Virus record (IMG/VR): IMGVR_UViG_3300031344_000001 | Length of the DNA: 64,000 nucleotides | Reading direction: 5' to 3' (one strand) | From: a virus | Taxonomy: Duplodnaviria > Heunggongvirae > Uroviricota > Caudoviricetes | Part shown: positions 63,289 to 64,000 of the stretch, in pieces | Layout: every line of letters starts with the position of its first letter | How positions within the stretch are numbered: the stretch's first letter is position 1 | Made by a program: the position numbers and the translations under genes | Notes under the pieces: generated by a model | Databases searched by the model: none | What the model was told of the DNA's origin: nothing | Seen by the model: only the letters and a program-made list of their open reading frames with translations

Positions 63289-64000
63289 ATGGGGAGCCTG
63301 AAGTTTGAGTTGCCGACTAAGCAGTGTCAAAACTGCGAGCGCCTATTCGAGCGGCGTGTTGATGAAGCAGCTACCAACTACAGGCGCAGAAAGACGTGCA
63401 GCTGGGAGTGTCGGAATGCATTGTTAGCTTCGTTGAGGGAAGTGCCTGGCGTCCCAGTCCCCGCCTTCCGAAGATGCGCTGAGTGTGGCGAAGACTTCGC
63501 GCGTGGTCCTGACGAGAAGGCGTCAGAATTCTTGCGGCGGGCGACGTGTAGTCGTGTTTGTGGGAGACGTCAGGCGGCCAAGACGAACTCGAAGCATAGC
63601 AGGGAGTTGTCGAAGGCGTGCCGTAACTGTGGGGACGTCTTCTTCCGGCAGCCCGGGATTTCGCCGGCAGCCTTCGCGCGACGTCGTGTCTGTAGTCCCG
63701 CGTGCCATCAAGCGAGCTTTCGGCTAGCGACAACGGCTGATGATCTTGAGCGTACTTGCGTCGTGTGTGCGGCGGTGCTCGTGCAGCGTCCCAAAGAGAG
63801 CACCCGCGAATTCTTGGAGCGACTGACCTGCGGAGTCCGTTGTGGCAGCGGTTTGCGCAAGGCACGCCTTCCCAAGAAGCTTGTCGACTATTATGGCGTG
63901 ACGTTGGCCTTCACAGAGGTTGTTGAGATAGAAGGGAAGAGCAAGTGGGCTGTAGAGCGCGCGATCGATCGCGGCAGGATCCCAGGCGTCGGCTGGATTG
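63289..64000 (+). CDS. Protein with four tandem CxxC-x~20-C(S/G)xxC zinc-finger repeats, truncated by the window end
   Basis: Manual translation from ATG 63289 is open to the end: CQNC..CSWEC, CAEC..CSRVC, CRNC..CSPAC, CVVC..CGVRC; absent from the ORF track because no stop is in the window. Confidence 0.7.
   Translation, partial: MGSLKFELPTKQCQNCERLFERRVDEAATNYRRRKTCSWECRNALLASLREVPGVPVPAFRRCAECGEDFARGPDEKASEFLRRATCSRVCGRRQAAKTNSKHSRELSKACRNCGDVFFRQPGISPAAFARRRVCSPACHQASFRLATTADDLERTCVVCAAVLVQRPKESTREFLERLTCGVRCGSGLRKARLPKKLVDYYGVTLAFTEVVEIEGKSKWAVERAIDRGRIPGVGWI

Noticed and set aside
1-64000. tRNA, rRNA, integrase, terminase or virion structural genes
   Set aside because: None recognised, so the phage identity rests on gene organisation and content and remains an inference.

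Overview
GC-rich window that looks like part of a large phage or prophage-like element: tightly packed short hypothetical ORFs in co-oriented blocks, and no structural or rRNA/tRNA genes seen. A CarS homologue and an IF3 with a C-terminal tail suggest a Myxococcota host (inference). The dominant feature is a ~16 kb CRISPR locus (44.3-60.3 kb, minus strand) with no cas1/cas2/cas4 in the window. It holds two ~650-aa Cas12m-like (type V-U1/V-M) effectors, each followed by its own 36-nt repeat family. Effector 2 (58313-60268) has the dead H-D-D RuvC pattern and precedes ~105 type-A repeats. Effector 1 (48072-50009) keeps a D-E-D triad, precedes ~39 type-B repeats, and this module sits inside the old end of array A. 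Both effector genes share an identical 28-bp upstream element. Other features: two gene-carrying mini-cassettes with 23-bp inverted repeats and 8-bp target duplications (one in the CRISPR leader), pervasive 6-9 bp tandem micro-duplications, paired GGGT-N8-ACCC operator-like sites, a shared N-terminal QL(D/N)(R/H)E peptide on unrelated proteins, three PAPS-reductase/PP-loop genes, an interrupted (p)ppGpp-hydrolase-like HD gene, a GHKL-HExxH fusion, a DUF5565 RNA-ligase-like gene, a degenerate ComM, an ATP-grasp gene and an SF2 helicase. Family assignments come from motif recognition from memory, not database searches, and repeat counts are by eye.
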